A stretch of DNA of 44,084 nt from Reclinomonas americana ATCC 50394 (lineage: Eukaryota): the NCBI GenBank assembly GCA_048213135.1, contig PS015082.1, positions 224,466 through 268,549 on the forward strand, written 5' to 3'. The notes under the pieces are model-generated. The model was not told the DNA's origin. It ran no database searches and saw nothing but the letters and a program-made list of their open reading frames with translations. Position numbers and translations under genes: made by a program. Position 1 is the stretch's first letter, and each line of letters starts with the position of its first letter. Shown piece after piece: positions 1 through 11,013 of this stretch.

Positions 1-1152
1 CAGGCGGCTGGTATCAGTGCGGATGAGATTGCGCCAAGCAGCCATGCCGATCCTTCTGCCTCGGCATCGTCGGCAAGCAGTGAGCCGACGGCTGTTGGCG
101 ATGCTAATGCGGCACCGCGCGGTGAGGTGTCGATTGCGGCGGTGGAGGTGGCTGGTGGTCAGATGATGGACGTGCTGGCGCCACCACCACCGCAGTCGGA
201 TCAGTCGCCACCGGCCGAGCAGGCGGTGGAGTTGGTGGTCACGGATCCGGATTCACGGCGACCGCTGCAGTACCCGCCGCGCCATCTGCGACCGCGTGCA
301 CCCGCCGGTAAGTACGAGCATCTGATGGCGCTGACGCCCAACATGGACATGGTCAGCGACCACGATCGTCGCAACTACTCCATCTGTGCTCGCCAGTTGC
401 ACTTGGCCATGGTGGAGGCCGAGTGGGCCACGATCCCCTCGGAGGAGGAGGTGGTGGAGAATCTGTGTCGCATTCAGTGCAACCATTTTGGTGCGTGTAT
501 TGTAGAAGAGTGTGTGTGCATGTGTGTGCAAGCATCTTACTCTTATGTGTCAGATCTGGAGGACGACGATGAGGAGTCGTATGCCGAGGCGCTGTATACG
601 TACATTAGTATGATGAATCACTCGTGCGAGCCGAATGGCGAGGTGGAGATCGAGGTGTGTGTGACCCTGCTTATCCACTGATATTGGAAGACGTTGTGCT
701 GATCTCTCTCTTGTGCGTGTAGAATGGATACATTATTCGCCTGGTGGCCCTCAAGGACATTGAGGTCGGCGACGAGGTCAACATCTCCTACGTCGACACC
801 TCGTGGACTCTCTTTTCGCGCCAGAAGCACTTGCGGCGATTCCACTTGTTCGACTGTATGGTAAGCAGTATGTGCGGGTGGGCATGCGCACGCTTGGGAG
901 CATCTTGATTCTGACCGACCCCGTTCTCGTGCGCCGCTGCAGTGCTCGCGGTGCGTCCGCGAGACGGCGGAGGAGGAGTCGAATGCGCGCGCTCGCCGTG
1001 AGCGAGAAGAGTCGGGAGCTGCGGATCCGGCAGATCCGGCTGAGGACGACGACGAAGAGGAGGAGGAAGAGGAGGATGCCAACGAGGAGAACGAAGATGC
1101 CGAGGGAACCGATGGTGGCGAGGGCGACGACGAAGAAGCCGACGAGGAGTAG
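1..1152 (+). CDS. SMYD-like SET-domain lysine methyltransferase, 5'-truncated, with acidic C-terminal tail
   Basis: Introns 491-553, 655-722 and 861-942 give ...CRIQCNHFDL..ALYTYISMMNHSCEPN..IRLVALKDIEVGDEVNISYVD..FDCMCSRC (SET motifs NHSCxPN and GDEVxISY, post-SET CxCxxC). A D/E-rich tail follows, with TAG at 1150-1152. Confidence 0.88.
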
Positions 1153-1309
1153 ACACCCGCAGCGGCAGTGGGCTTCATGGCGGCCGAATGAGCGAGGAAT
1201 CCACCCGCCCACAATTACCGCACCACTCGTCTCTCGTTCTTCTCGTTCTTTTTACAGCCCTAGGTACAGAAGAGTGTATCGTGTGTTGCGGATAGTGCGT
1301 CTCATCTCA

Positions 1310-1993
1310 CTACTGGATGCCTGTTGGCGACGGAGCGTCGGCTGTATCCGTGGCCGGCATGGACGCCGACGCAGCCGCTGCCGACGACGATGCCTTTTCC
1401 GCGTACTGCAGCCCACGCGTGGAGTGACACGCCGTAAAGTCCAGCACGATCTCTCTGCACACACAAGTGACACTGAGCAGCGACACGAGACAACTCCCTC
1501 GCCAGATGCGCACAAACAAACACCGAACGCAACACTCGACGATGCTCGCCCGGCACAACACCCGCACTCTCCGCCAACGTCATCCGCGGATCCTTCAGTG
1601 GCACCGGCTGCTCCTGACTGCGCGCTGCCGCCGCCATCAACTCACGAATGCGCGCATCGCGCTGTGCCGCGGTCGACTCGGCAAACATTGGATCCTGCTC
1701 GACCATCGCCCGCAGCTCGTTCACCGCCGGAAGCGGAGTGCTCTTGCTCGGCATCACCACCATCTTCCACTTGCCAAGCGGAGTCTCCTCGTACTCGGCG
1801 ATCAGACGCTCCAGTTCCGCCGCGGTGATGCTCGGACTGTGAACAACAACGTCAAGCGCGTAACAAAGAGAGAATCGCATCTTGCTCTCGTCGCTCACCT
1901 CACGTCCAGTGGCACCTTGCGTGGTGTCAGCAGTGAGATCACCAGGTGGCACACGTCGCCACTTGCACTGTCGCTGCTCTCGCTCGATTGCAT
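1310..1993 (-). CDS. Ubiquitin-like domain protein (~180 aa, 3 exons)
   Basis: Exons 1993-1899, 1836-1534 and 1454-1310 join in frame: MQSSESSDSASGDVCHLVISLLTPRKVPLDVSPSITAAELERLIAEYEETPLGKWKMVV...LKDPRMTLAESAGVVPGEHRRVEIVLDF. The pattern parallels ubiquitin b1-b2-helix-b3 and LED.RTL..b5. Confidence 0.62.
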
Positions 1994-2058
1994 GTCTTGT
2001 CAAGTGTCCCGCCCTTCCGTTCATCCGTCCTCGTGCTTCCGTCATTGTTGTTGCGGGA

Positions 2059-3615
2059 ATGAGCTTGGAAGTGTCGCCGTTTGAGGTCCGCGCATGCTAT
2101 GCTGTGCTGTATGTGTGCACTCGCCCACTGCCTTCTTCACAGGTGACGCAGATCAGTGCATCGCCGCGCTTTGAGAATGTGTATGCAGTGGCGTCGTTTG
2201 AGTTTGGCAGCTGGTACCACGGCGGTCGTGTGACACTGGTCAAGCATGCAGAGAAGAGTGATGATGATGATGATGATGATGATGCAACGGGCACTGTGAC
2301 AGTGGTGGCCGAGCTGGAGAACGGCACCGGTGTGCATGATGTGGTGTGGTCAGAGCAGTTTCCCAGCGTCTTGGCCACGGCCAACTACAATGCAAGTTGA
2401 GCGACAAAGAGAGAGGAGGTCTTGCTTCTCCTTGCTTCGTTGCTGATGATGGATGCAGCAATGTCACTGTGGAATGCAAATCGCGGCAAGAAGCTGGCAG
2501 TGTGTCATGCACATCATGCGCCGGTGTTGTCGGTCTCGTGGAACCAGCTGGCGTCGCAGCATGTGCTGACGGCGTCGGAGTCGTCGCGTGCCAAGTTGTT
2601 TGATGTCAACAGTTTCGTGTGTGGGGCGCGCTGCTCGTTTTCTTGCTCTGCGCCGTGCACGTGACTCGGGTACACGCAGATCTCGAGTATGTCATCAGCG
2701 TGTTTGGCGAGCACACCAAGGCCGTGCGCTGTGTACGGTGCGTGCTGCGTGCCAGTCGGCGTCTGTGCTGCAGGTTGCTGCTCACCACGGTCTCAGGTGG
2801 AACGACAACAACACGGACGAGTTTGCGACGGTGTCGGATGACGCGCTGTTGAAAGTGTGGGATCGCCGCATCGATGAAAGCGTGTCGACGTTCTTTGATC
2901 GGGAGAGCACGGCCCCGCTGCGTTCGTGCGACTGGAACAAGCGTGATGTTTCGTTCCTTTTTCACTTTTATTGTGTGCGTTGTGTTTCCCTCTTGTTGAC
3001 ATGCTGATGTGCAGGACTGGCTCATTGCTGTGGCTGCCGATGACGGCTGTGTGAAGATATGGGACACTCGCAACACGCTGCAGCCGGTGGCATCGCGCGC
3101 TGCGCATCGTCACGCCGTGCAGGCGGTGCGTTTTGACACACGCGAGCCCGGACTGCTGGCTTCGGCATCGGCCGACCACACCATGCGTGTGTGGGACACC
3201 AGCACAGGTGCAGTCGCTGCATTTCACCTGCTCGACAGCGCGCGCACTGCGCCTGACTTCGTTTGACCCCGTAGGTGGCATCTATCTCACCCACGAACAT
3301 CGACTGCATTCGATGTCAGTGCGCGCACTGGAGTGGTCGTTGCATTCGTCGCGTGCCATCGTCATCTCCGGCTCGGCCGATGGCAAGGCTCTGTGGACAC
3401 CACTGAATCGTGCAGTGCATGTGCAAGAGTGGCACGATGATGCGGGCGACTTGGTGGTATGTGTGTGTGTGTGGCGTGGGCCTTCTTCTGGTGACCAGTC
3501 CGTCGCTCACCTCCTCTTTTGATGATTGTGCCAGGTGAAAAAGCGCCTGCCAGCACGCCGCCGTGAGAGCATGCACACGACCTCGTTTCCCGCCACCTTC
3601 GACGCCAAACTGTAG
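2059..3615 (+). CDS. PEX7: PEX7-like WD40 protein (PTS2-receptor family, divergent)
   Basis: Seven GT-AG introns (donors 2086, 2396, 2612, 2739, 2948, 3208, 3457). Blocks SPRFENVYAVAS, DVVWSE..VLATAN, LRSCDWNKRDDWLIAVAADDGCVKIWDTRN and HRHAVQAVRF..LLASASADHTMRVWD follow PEX7 blades in order. Ends FDAKL-TAG. Confidence 0.8.
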
Positions 3616-3646
3616 CAACAACAGGAGCAACACTAGTTTTACATTC

Positions 3647-6600
3647 TCACGGTTTTCGTGAGAAGTCCATATTGACACGAGCACCGACACTCATGCCGAT
3701 GGCGCCAGACGCAGTTCCCCCAAACTGTGCACCGAGGGGTGTGCCAAAACCGCTGCTACCGCCGCCACCAATGCCGCCGTCGCGTCCGCTACCCATGGCC
3801 TCCGGCGACGGGGTATCACGCGGTGGCGGCGTCGTGCGACCGAGGCCCTTGCGCGAAGTCTGTCGTGAGATACGCGGCAAGTTCGTTCCGCTGTTGGAGC
3901 GAATGATGGTGGTCAGCATGTCGGAAATGGGCAAGGCGCCTGACAGCACGCCGTCGCGACTCTGGGGAGTGCTACGGCCGGTCTCGCCCGGCTCCATAAA
4001 CAGGCCGGCCGGTGCCGATGCCGCAATCGATCCTCGCGGCGCCACTCGCGGCAGTGAGTGACCGATCGGCTCCGGTGTGGCCATATCCTCGCCCAACAGC
4101 AACTCGGCGAAATCGCCACCGATCGGGTAGATGAGCTCGCACAGAGTGTACAAGAATTGGGTGCGCGCCAGTCTCTTTCCTTCCAGTGTCATCTCGTCCT
4201 CTGCAATCGTCGTAAGTGGGTGAACGCACAGTCTATGTCATGCGGAAGTACATACCATCGCGTGGTTCCATGCGCTGTCCGTTCTTGGAGATGCTGGAAC
4301 GCAGCTCCATGTAGGGCACCTCTTCCGACTGACGGAAGAGCTTGGCGAGGCACTGCGGCACCACCGCCTCGGTAATCGCTCCGCTGGCCGCCATGGACTG
4401 CATCACCGCGAGGCAGCGGCGCAGCGAGATCTTGTCCTCCTCTTGCACGTCGGCACTGGGACGTGAATACGAGTAGCCGATGCGGAGTGATTCGGAGAGC
4501 GCGAGAGCCTTGAGGAAGACCTCCACCACCTCCAGCGGCCACTGCTCCGACATGAAACGACCAAAGACCTCCACTCGCAAGTTATCGGCTCTGCGCGGAA
4601 GACACAGATGTGAGTGACGAGTGGATATCGAGAAACAAACAGCAACCATACCAACCTGTTGACTTGAATGCAGCCGACAAGTCCCGAGAGGTAACTGTCC
4701 AGCAGCTGCGTGCCGAATTTTTTCTGCCAGAAGCGCCCACGAGCATTGTCAGCACCACACATGCTTGAGTTTGCCAGTCCAGCGTCGACGCAACATGCAT
4801 GTACTTGATGATGTGTGCAGGGAATGGCTCGTGTTCCATGTTTTTCTCCGACATTGTGCCGTCGGAGGCGATCTTGTCTTGATAAATGCCACTGCGCACG
4901 ACAAAGGGAAAATTGTCAACAAGGAGTGCGCTGTCCACCCACACCATCGCGCCACTCAACTTCATGAGACGCAGAAGCCAGGTCAACACGCGCGGTTTCA
5001 CGTGCGGTGCGCGCTGCAGGGCGGCCACAAGCTCGGGATACTTGGCACCGAACGAGGTGAGCAAGTTCGAGCCCGTGCTACTCGACACCGTGGTCAGTGT
5101 GTCGTCATCGTACACGGTGGTGGCTCGGCTGTCGATGCTGAAGCGCTGTTCGCGGTATCCTCGGTATGCCCGCTGGATGGCCACGGCCGAGTTGCGACGT
5201 GCAGTCTGTACGGGTGGCGGGAACAGTTCCTCGACATCGTCTGTCTGCACATGAATGTTCCGACGCGCACCATTGGCCTCCAGCAGCTCAGCCAGCTCGC
5301 GCTGCAGTGCAGCGATGCGATCGGCATCGGGGCCGGTGACCACAGTTGGGTGGCGTGGAGCGGTCGGCGCAAAGCTGCTGAGTTGGTCGGCAGCGTTGCC
5401 CGGCGTCAGCGTCGAGCGGCGTCCTTGTGCTCGAGAGCCAGCACCACCACTGCCACTGCCAGTGCCACTGCCTCCAGTGTTGGTCTGGAAGCGCACACCT
5501 GTCGAGACGTGAGCACGAGAGCCGCCGTTGGCGTTGCGAGTCAACGTGGACCGCATTGCCGACTTGACGGCCTTGCCGCCACCACTGCCGCGGGCTGGAG
5601 GCGCGTGACGTGGCACATCCTCGGCCTGTGTAGTGCCCCGGCAGTGAGTGGTGAGTGAGAGACTGCGGCCATGGAATGTCACACAAGAATGACCGACTGC
5701 TCACCTTTTCGCCCCTCGCACTCGAGCCACGCACTGTGCGCAACTTGTTCTTCACGGCGTCGAGCTGCGATGCCATGCGTAAGACAGGAAGAAATCACCA
5801 CTTGTCGATTGATACATCATCGTACACACACACTCACCAGCTTCATCAGCTCGCCTTCGGACTCGGGCAACAGTTGTTCGACAATGTTGTTGGTGCTGGT
5901 GTGAATGGAGCGCAGCTTCTCGGCGACGTTGGCCACCCAGTCGGTCAGTTCCACAGCAGTCTTGGCCACGTGTACGGTGGTCGGCTCGGCCCGAGATGCA
6001 CTAGGCGGGCTCTGTGGAATTCCCAGACCGGCCGACTCGGAGAGCGACTGCTGAATCGACGTCGACAACTGCGGCAGCGCCGTGTTTGTCGCATCGGCAG
6101 AGTCGCGTGAATTTGGTCGTGACGAGCGCTTGCCGGTGGAGCCCTGCTTCCGGTGACCTGTGCGAGTGCCACATCGACTGCCAGCACGTGTCTCAGCACG
6201 GAGAAAGACAGAGAGCAGCCGAAAAGCGCTTCCAGTGTCACTCACCTTGCTGCACCCAACACCAATCGAGACGCATGGTCGGCTCCGCGCGGTGTGAGGT
6301 TCACGGTGGCCAGCGGGCCATCTGTTTCGACTCGATCTTGCTGTTTTCCCAGGGCCTCCATGAGATCGTTGACGACGCCGTCGGCCTCGAGCAGGCGTGC
6401 CGCCATATTTACGAGCTGTCCCATGACGCCCTCAGGCACACCTCCCTTGGACTCCAGCTCGGCGAGGAATTGCTTCACGCCATCGGCTGACGATGGCGGC
6501 GGAGGCGGTGGTGGCGGTGGCGTGGCCGGGCGGGGTGGAGACTGCAGACGACGAGGTCCCCGTCGCCGCCGCTCACCGCCTTCTTCGTCACCTTCTCCCG

Positions 6601-9600
6601 CCGCGCCGTCGTCATCCTCGATCATGTCGCCTGCCGCTGCCGGATCATCAGCAGCATCGAAACGCACACGACCCGATTTTTGTGCACTCGACGAACGAGA
6701 GTGCGACTGGCTGCGCATTCCTCCACTGTGCATGCACAAACACACACACACCATATGTCAGCAACACCTTGTCAGGCAGCAACGAGGATCACTCCCACGA
6801 ACAACACGCACGATTTCTTGTCCTGCAAGTCGTCGCCGTCATCGGTTTCCTCCTCTTCTGCCGGTGCCTTCCCACCGTTGCCGTCGGGTTCCGGCGTCAA
6901 TCGCAGCTGACTGAGGTCGGCTGGCATGGAGTGCGACTTGAAATCCAGCAGGGTTGGTCGGGCCGACGCCTCCTCCACCACCATGGCCCGCAGTCGTTGT
7001 TGTACCAGCGCCATGTCCGTCGGCAGATCGTCGCCCGACGAGAGCAGTTTGAGCAGCTGTGTGGGCGAATCCACGGCGATGCCGTCCTGTTCAGTCTGCT
7101 CTTGCAGACTGAGGAGTTTGGTGGCCAGCAGCTCCACCGGACCCGCATCAACGCCGGTGGTGGCGGTCGGTGGATGGGTGCGCATGAGCAAAATGTCGGG
7201 CAACTTGCGTGCCGCCTCGCGCAGCAGTTTGTTGAGGTTGCGGATTTCGGTGGTGTACAAGTCGCAGTCCTGCTGCAACTTCCACAACTCGCCCTTCTGA
7301 ATGTTGTTGATGCGCTGCAAGTTGGCGGCGGCACTCTCCAGCTCCGCCACGCGCTCCGTCTTGTCGGCCAGCTCTCCACGGAGCACAATGACACGGTCGC
7401 GTTCCCGTTGGAGGGCCGCTCGATAGGCAAACACAACGTCGTCGTGCAGAAGACCCAGTTGCTTGCGCACCTGTTCCAGCAGAATACCGCGCTCGGCGCA
7501 CTGCACAAACACCTGCCGCACGATTTCGATCAGCACCACGTCCCAGATCTGCAGGCGCTCCTCGGCCTCGGCAATCGCCGACTGCGTCTTCCAGGCACGC
7601 TCTCGCCGCTCGTCGTCGAGCGTGTCCTCCAGGTCCACATCAAACACCGGCACCAGCACGTCCTGATCCAAATCCTGATCGCAGTGCGGGCCAAGGGCAG
7701 TCGACACGGTGCTCGGGCCCGACGTACCGGCGGCTGATTGTAGGCGGAAGAAATGATTGGCCACGGCCTGGGCCGACTTGACTCCCCGAGCCTTTTGCTG
7801 CTGCGATGTCGGCGACGACACAAACTTGTTGAGCGGCTCGCGTTGATGGAGGGTGCGCGACAGCCGTGCAGCTGCCCGTCGCACGTGACGGCCAAGCATG
7901 TCGTCCACGGTGCGCGCCAACAACAAAACCTCCACGCGGCCAGTCGGTCGTCGATCGGGCGCAGGAAACAGCGGTTTCCGCCACACTTGCTCGTGAGGAT
8001 CGTATTCCTGCGTGGCAAAGGCGGTGGTGAGACAAACTCGATCAGCAGGGGGAGTGTAAGAAGAAATCGTACCTCGTCATCATCGGCGTGCACCGACGGC
8101 AGTGGTGTTTTCAGGTACACGTGGTACTCGGGCGGAATCATGGTGCACGGTCGATGTTCGTCGGCCAGTCGTGGGGCGTTGCGAACCAGCTCAAAGTACG
8201 TGCGGTCAGACTCTGCCTCGGCCACCGCGTCGCCATTATTGATGGCGCCCGCACCGCCGCCATCCGTGACCACTGTGGCCGCGTGATCCGCCGACGCACG
8301 ACTGGCACCAAGAGGCCCAGAGAACACCTCCAGACCCAGCTCTCGCCGCACATCCTCGTCCTGCACGAACTCCATCATGCCGAAAACGCGATGGCGCGCG
8401 CGCCAGTCGGGACTGAGCGCGCGGTCGTACAGGTGCGAGACGTCTTCGCGCATAATGGGCGCCGACACCCTGTCAGCGGCAGCCGTTGGCGGTGCTGGGG
8501 AGGCCGACGAGTGCAGTCCAGGTGAGTTGCGGTCGCCGGTGCCGAGAGCCAGCGTCATGGCGGCCTGCATGTTGGGTTTCGGTAGTTGTGGGTTCGGACG
8601 CAGACGATGTGGTCGACTGGCTGTGGTTGGCTTGCCGGGCGAGGGTGACGGCGAGCGTGTGGGTGGCATGTTGGGTCCGGCACGAATGACACGCTGCGGA
8701 CGAGGCGGTGGATCGGGAATCGGTGACACGGGTTTCGGCGACATGGGCGACCCTGGCTGGCTAAAGCTGCGCGCCAGTGGTGGTGGCGTCGACATGCGAC
8801 GCGCCTCGTCGTCCGACGACGCAAATGTCGGCGGCAGAGGCGACTTGCGCGATCCCATTGACGACTGCGGCGGAAGTGGTGAGGTGCGCAGCTGCGAAGG
8901 AATGCCCACCGCCACCTGCGTGTGCAAGTGAGTGAGTGAGAGGGAGAGTGTGAAGAAGAAGAAGAGAATGGCACACCTGCTTGTGCGACGACCCCAACAT
9001 GCGTCGCTTGCTGCGCTTGTCGTTCGGATCGTACGTGCGCAGCGTCCAGTCGCGATTCGAGGGCGGCGGCATCGGCAACTCGGGGTCACTGACGGCGCCC
9101 TCCGCATGTGCTTTCGCCGCCGCCACAGCCGCCTCTGCTGCGGCCGCCGCCACCTCCGCGTCCGTGGCCTCGGCACTGCCGGAGAAGGGCGGCAGACCAT
9201 CCTCATCCTCGTGCACACCCCGCAGCTGCTCGAAATCCCGCGTCTGATACACGCGATCGAGACGCGCCTGCGTGCGCGGAGTGAGCCGCACATTGGCCTG
9301 CTGCGCCTGCATGATCTGCTGCTGCTCCTCATCGTGCGGGTCAATGACCGGCCGACCAAAGAACATCTCCTGTTTCATCATCTGCACGTGCAGGCTGGCA
9401 CGCTTGGCCAGGCCCAGCTGCTGCGCTCGGATGGCCAGCTGCCGCATCTCCTCGTCCTCTTCCTCATCATCGTCGTCGTCGTCGTCATTGTCGTCGTAGC
9501 CGTCAGAGAAGCCGTACTCGGGCTCCAACAGAGGACTGCTCGGAGGCAGCGGTGCGAGCGGTGGCGACTCTGCCTGCGCGGCTGCTGCTGTGGACGATGA

Positions 9601-9855
9601 GATGGAGAATGTGGCGTGGTGATGATGCCGCACAGGCGGCGGTGTGGTTACGCGAGTGGTATCCACAGTGGCCGCCAACTGCGCCTCATCATTGTCGTGA
9701 TCGGCAGGCACTGGGGGTGACGCGGATCGCGTGGTGCTCTCTGTGTGTGTGGCAGGGGAGTGAGTGGGTGGGGTGGGNNNNNNNNNNNNNNNNNNNNGGG
9801 GAAGCGTGAGGTGTGTGTGTGAACCTGCATCCCAGGCCCCATCAAAGTCGCTCAT
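3647..9855 (-). CDS. Large AXDND1-like protein (axonemal dynein light chain/p28-type domain, coiled coil, IQ motif, C-terminal helical domain)
   Basis: Exons join in frame from ~9.7 kb to 3647. MIPPEYHV, PLFPAPDRRPTGRVEVLLLARTVDDML and IWDVVLIEIVRQVFVQCAERGILLEQVR match the Ax_dynein_light/AXDND1 pattern; IQ motif AIQRAYRGYREQR at ~5145-5185. The start is uncertain because of the N gap at 9778-9797. Confidence 0.72.
9778..9797. other. Assembly gap (20 N)
   Basis: Run of N. Confidence 1.
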
Positions 9856-10125
9856 GGTGAACGAGATGACGATTGATGCACGGGGGTGACATGTGCGACT
9901 CGAACAACGGTTGATTTGCGCGCGGTGTCGACGAGGGCCATCATGATTGTGGTTGACGGGAAGGAGACGGGGAAGGCGAGTTGGGGAAGGTGCGAGCTGC
10001 GGCTGGGATCAGCGGTGGATGTGGAGAACGAAGAAGGAAAGGAACTGAGATGATGAGTGAATTGAATGAATTCGGTTTCCGATTGATTACGGTGATCCAA
10101 AGTTCAAAAAGCCTGCAGTCTTTCG

Positions 10126-10470
10126 TACCAGCAGCGGTACATCCGTGCCTAAACGAAGGCTGCAACTTGGACCGGTGGCATATTACTTCTCGTGAAGAAT
10201 GAAGGCAAACATCCGGTGCATGCTAATCGATCAGATCTGGATTCAGTTTTCGGCTTCGATCTCTTTCCTGTCGGCCAGCTGGCCTCCATCTCCGCGCCAG
10301 CAGTATTCCCTGTACCAGCAGAGGCTGCAGCTTGGACCGCTGGCACAGCACTTCCCATGGAACGGAGATCAAAAGGACAAGCGAATCCTGGATTCAGTTT
10401 CCAGATTGCTGTCGGCTTCGAGCTTCAACCCCGTCTGCCAGCTGGCCAGCAACCTACATGTCAGCAGCAG
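10126..10470. repeat. Degenerate two-copy direct repeat (~150-190 bp spacing) in an unusually long intergenic region
   Basis: Collinear blocks occur twice: GTACCAGCAG (10126, 10312), GGCTGCARCTTGGACCGSTGGCA (10158, 10323), CTGGATTCAGTTT (10238, 10388), CGGCTTCGA and GCCAGCTGGCC. Confidence 0.7.
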
Positions 10471-10548
10471 CAGCTCACTCCTGCGCCTTCTCAGAGACGT
10501 AACGACGACAGAGGAGAACGGAATATGCCAAGACAACAGGTTCATTCG

Positions 10549-10962
10549 TCAAGTGGCTGCTGCTGACGACGACGACGACAAGAACGAAGACGACGCAGCC
10601 GCCGTGGCCATCACCCGCTGATGCCACTCCATCAACGACGCCTCCTCGCGCTCACACACCTCCCTTCTCCTCTCCAGCTCCTCGCGCCGCCCACGCATCT
10701 CCTCCGCCAGCGCACGCAACCGCTGCACCGTGCCCGCCGCATCAAACTGCACACACTCCCACAACGCCACACCCTGCTCCGCCGCCGCCCCCGCTTTCCC
10801 GCTCTCCAGCAGCGCGCGGATCAGAGGCGCACCTGTCTCTGACGACGACGACGATGATGATGACAGAGTGCCGCTCACTCGCTCGCTCAACGCCTTGATG
10901 TCGTCGCGCGCTTGTGCAGCGCTCACGTCGAAGAACGAGGTGGCGGCCGCACCACTGCTCAT
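10549..10962 (-). CDS. Hypothetical ~137-aa protein with C-terminal coiled coil
   Basis: ATG at 10962, head-to-head with MCU. Coding-like composition (..VQRLRALAEEMRGRREELERRREVCEREEASLMEWHQR). No family recognised. Confidence 0.5.
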   Translation of the reverse strand: MSSGAAATSFFDVSAAQARDDIKALSERVSGTLSSSSSSSSETGAPLIRALLESGKAGAAAEQGVALWECVQFDAAGTVQRLRALAEEMRGRREELERRREVCEREEASLMEWHQRVMATAAASSSFLSSSSSAAAT

Positions 10963-11013
10963 GGAGAAGACGATCAATTGTCAATCGACCGACTTTGTGA
11001 GTGGACGTAAACG

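Noticed and set aside
1302-2045. 247-aa ORF starting MTEARGRMN, which would put its ATG 13 bp from the PEX7 ATG
   Set aside because: Intron phases require exon 1 in another frame (ATG at 1993), and that frame gives a ubiquitin-like sequence.
2392-2397. Apparent GC donors GCAAGT (2392) and GCGAGT (11110)
   Set aside because: No acceptor in the matching phase; GT donors a few bases away restore the frame and motif spacing.
6493-9600. Long plus-strand ORFs (414 aa, 222 aa) and similar antisense ORFs throughout the window
   Set aside because: Shadow ORFs of GC-rich coding sequence on the opposite strand, with no recognisable motifs.
10050-10056. ATGATGA (C-box-like) suggesting a C/D snoRNA
   Set aside because: No suitably placed CTGA D box or terminal stem seen.
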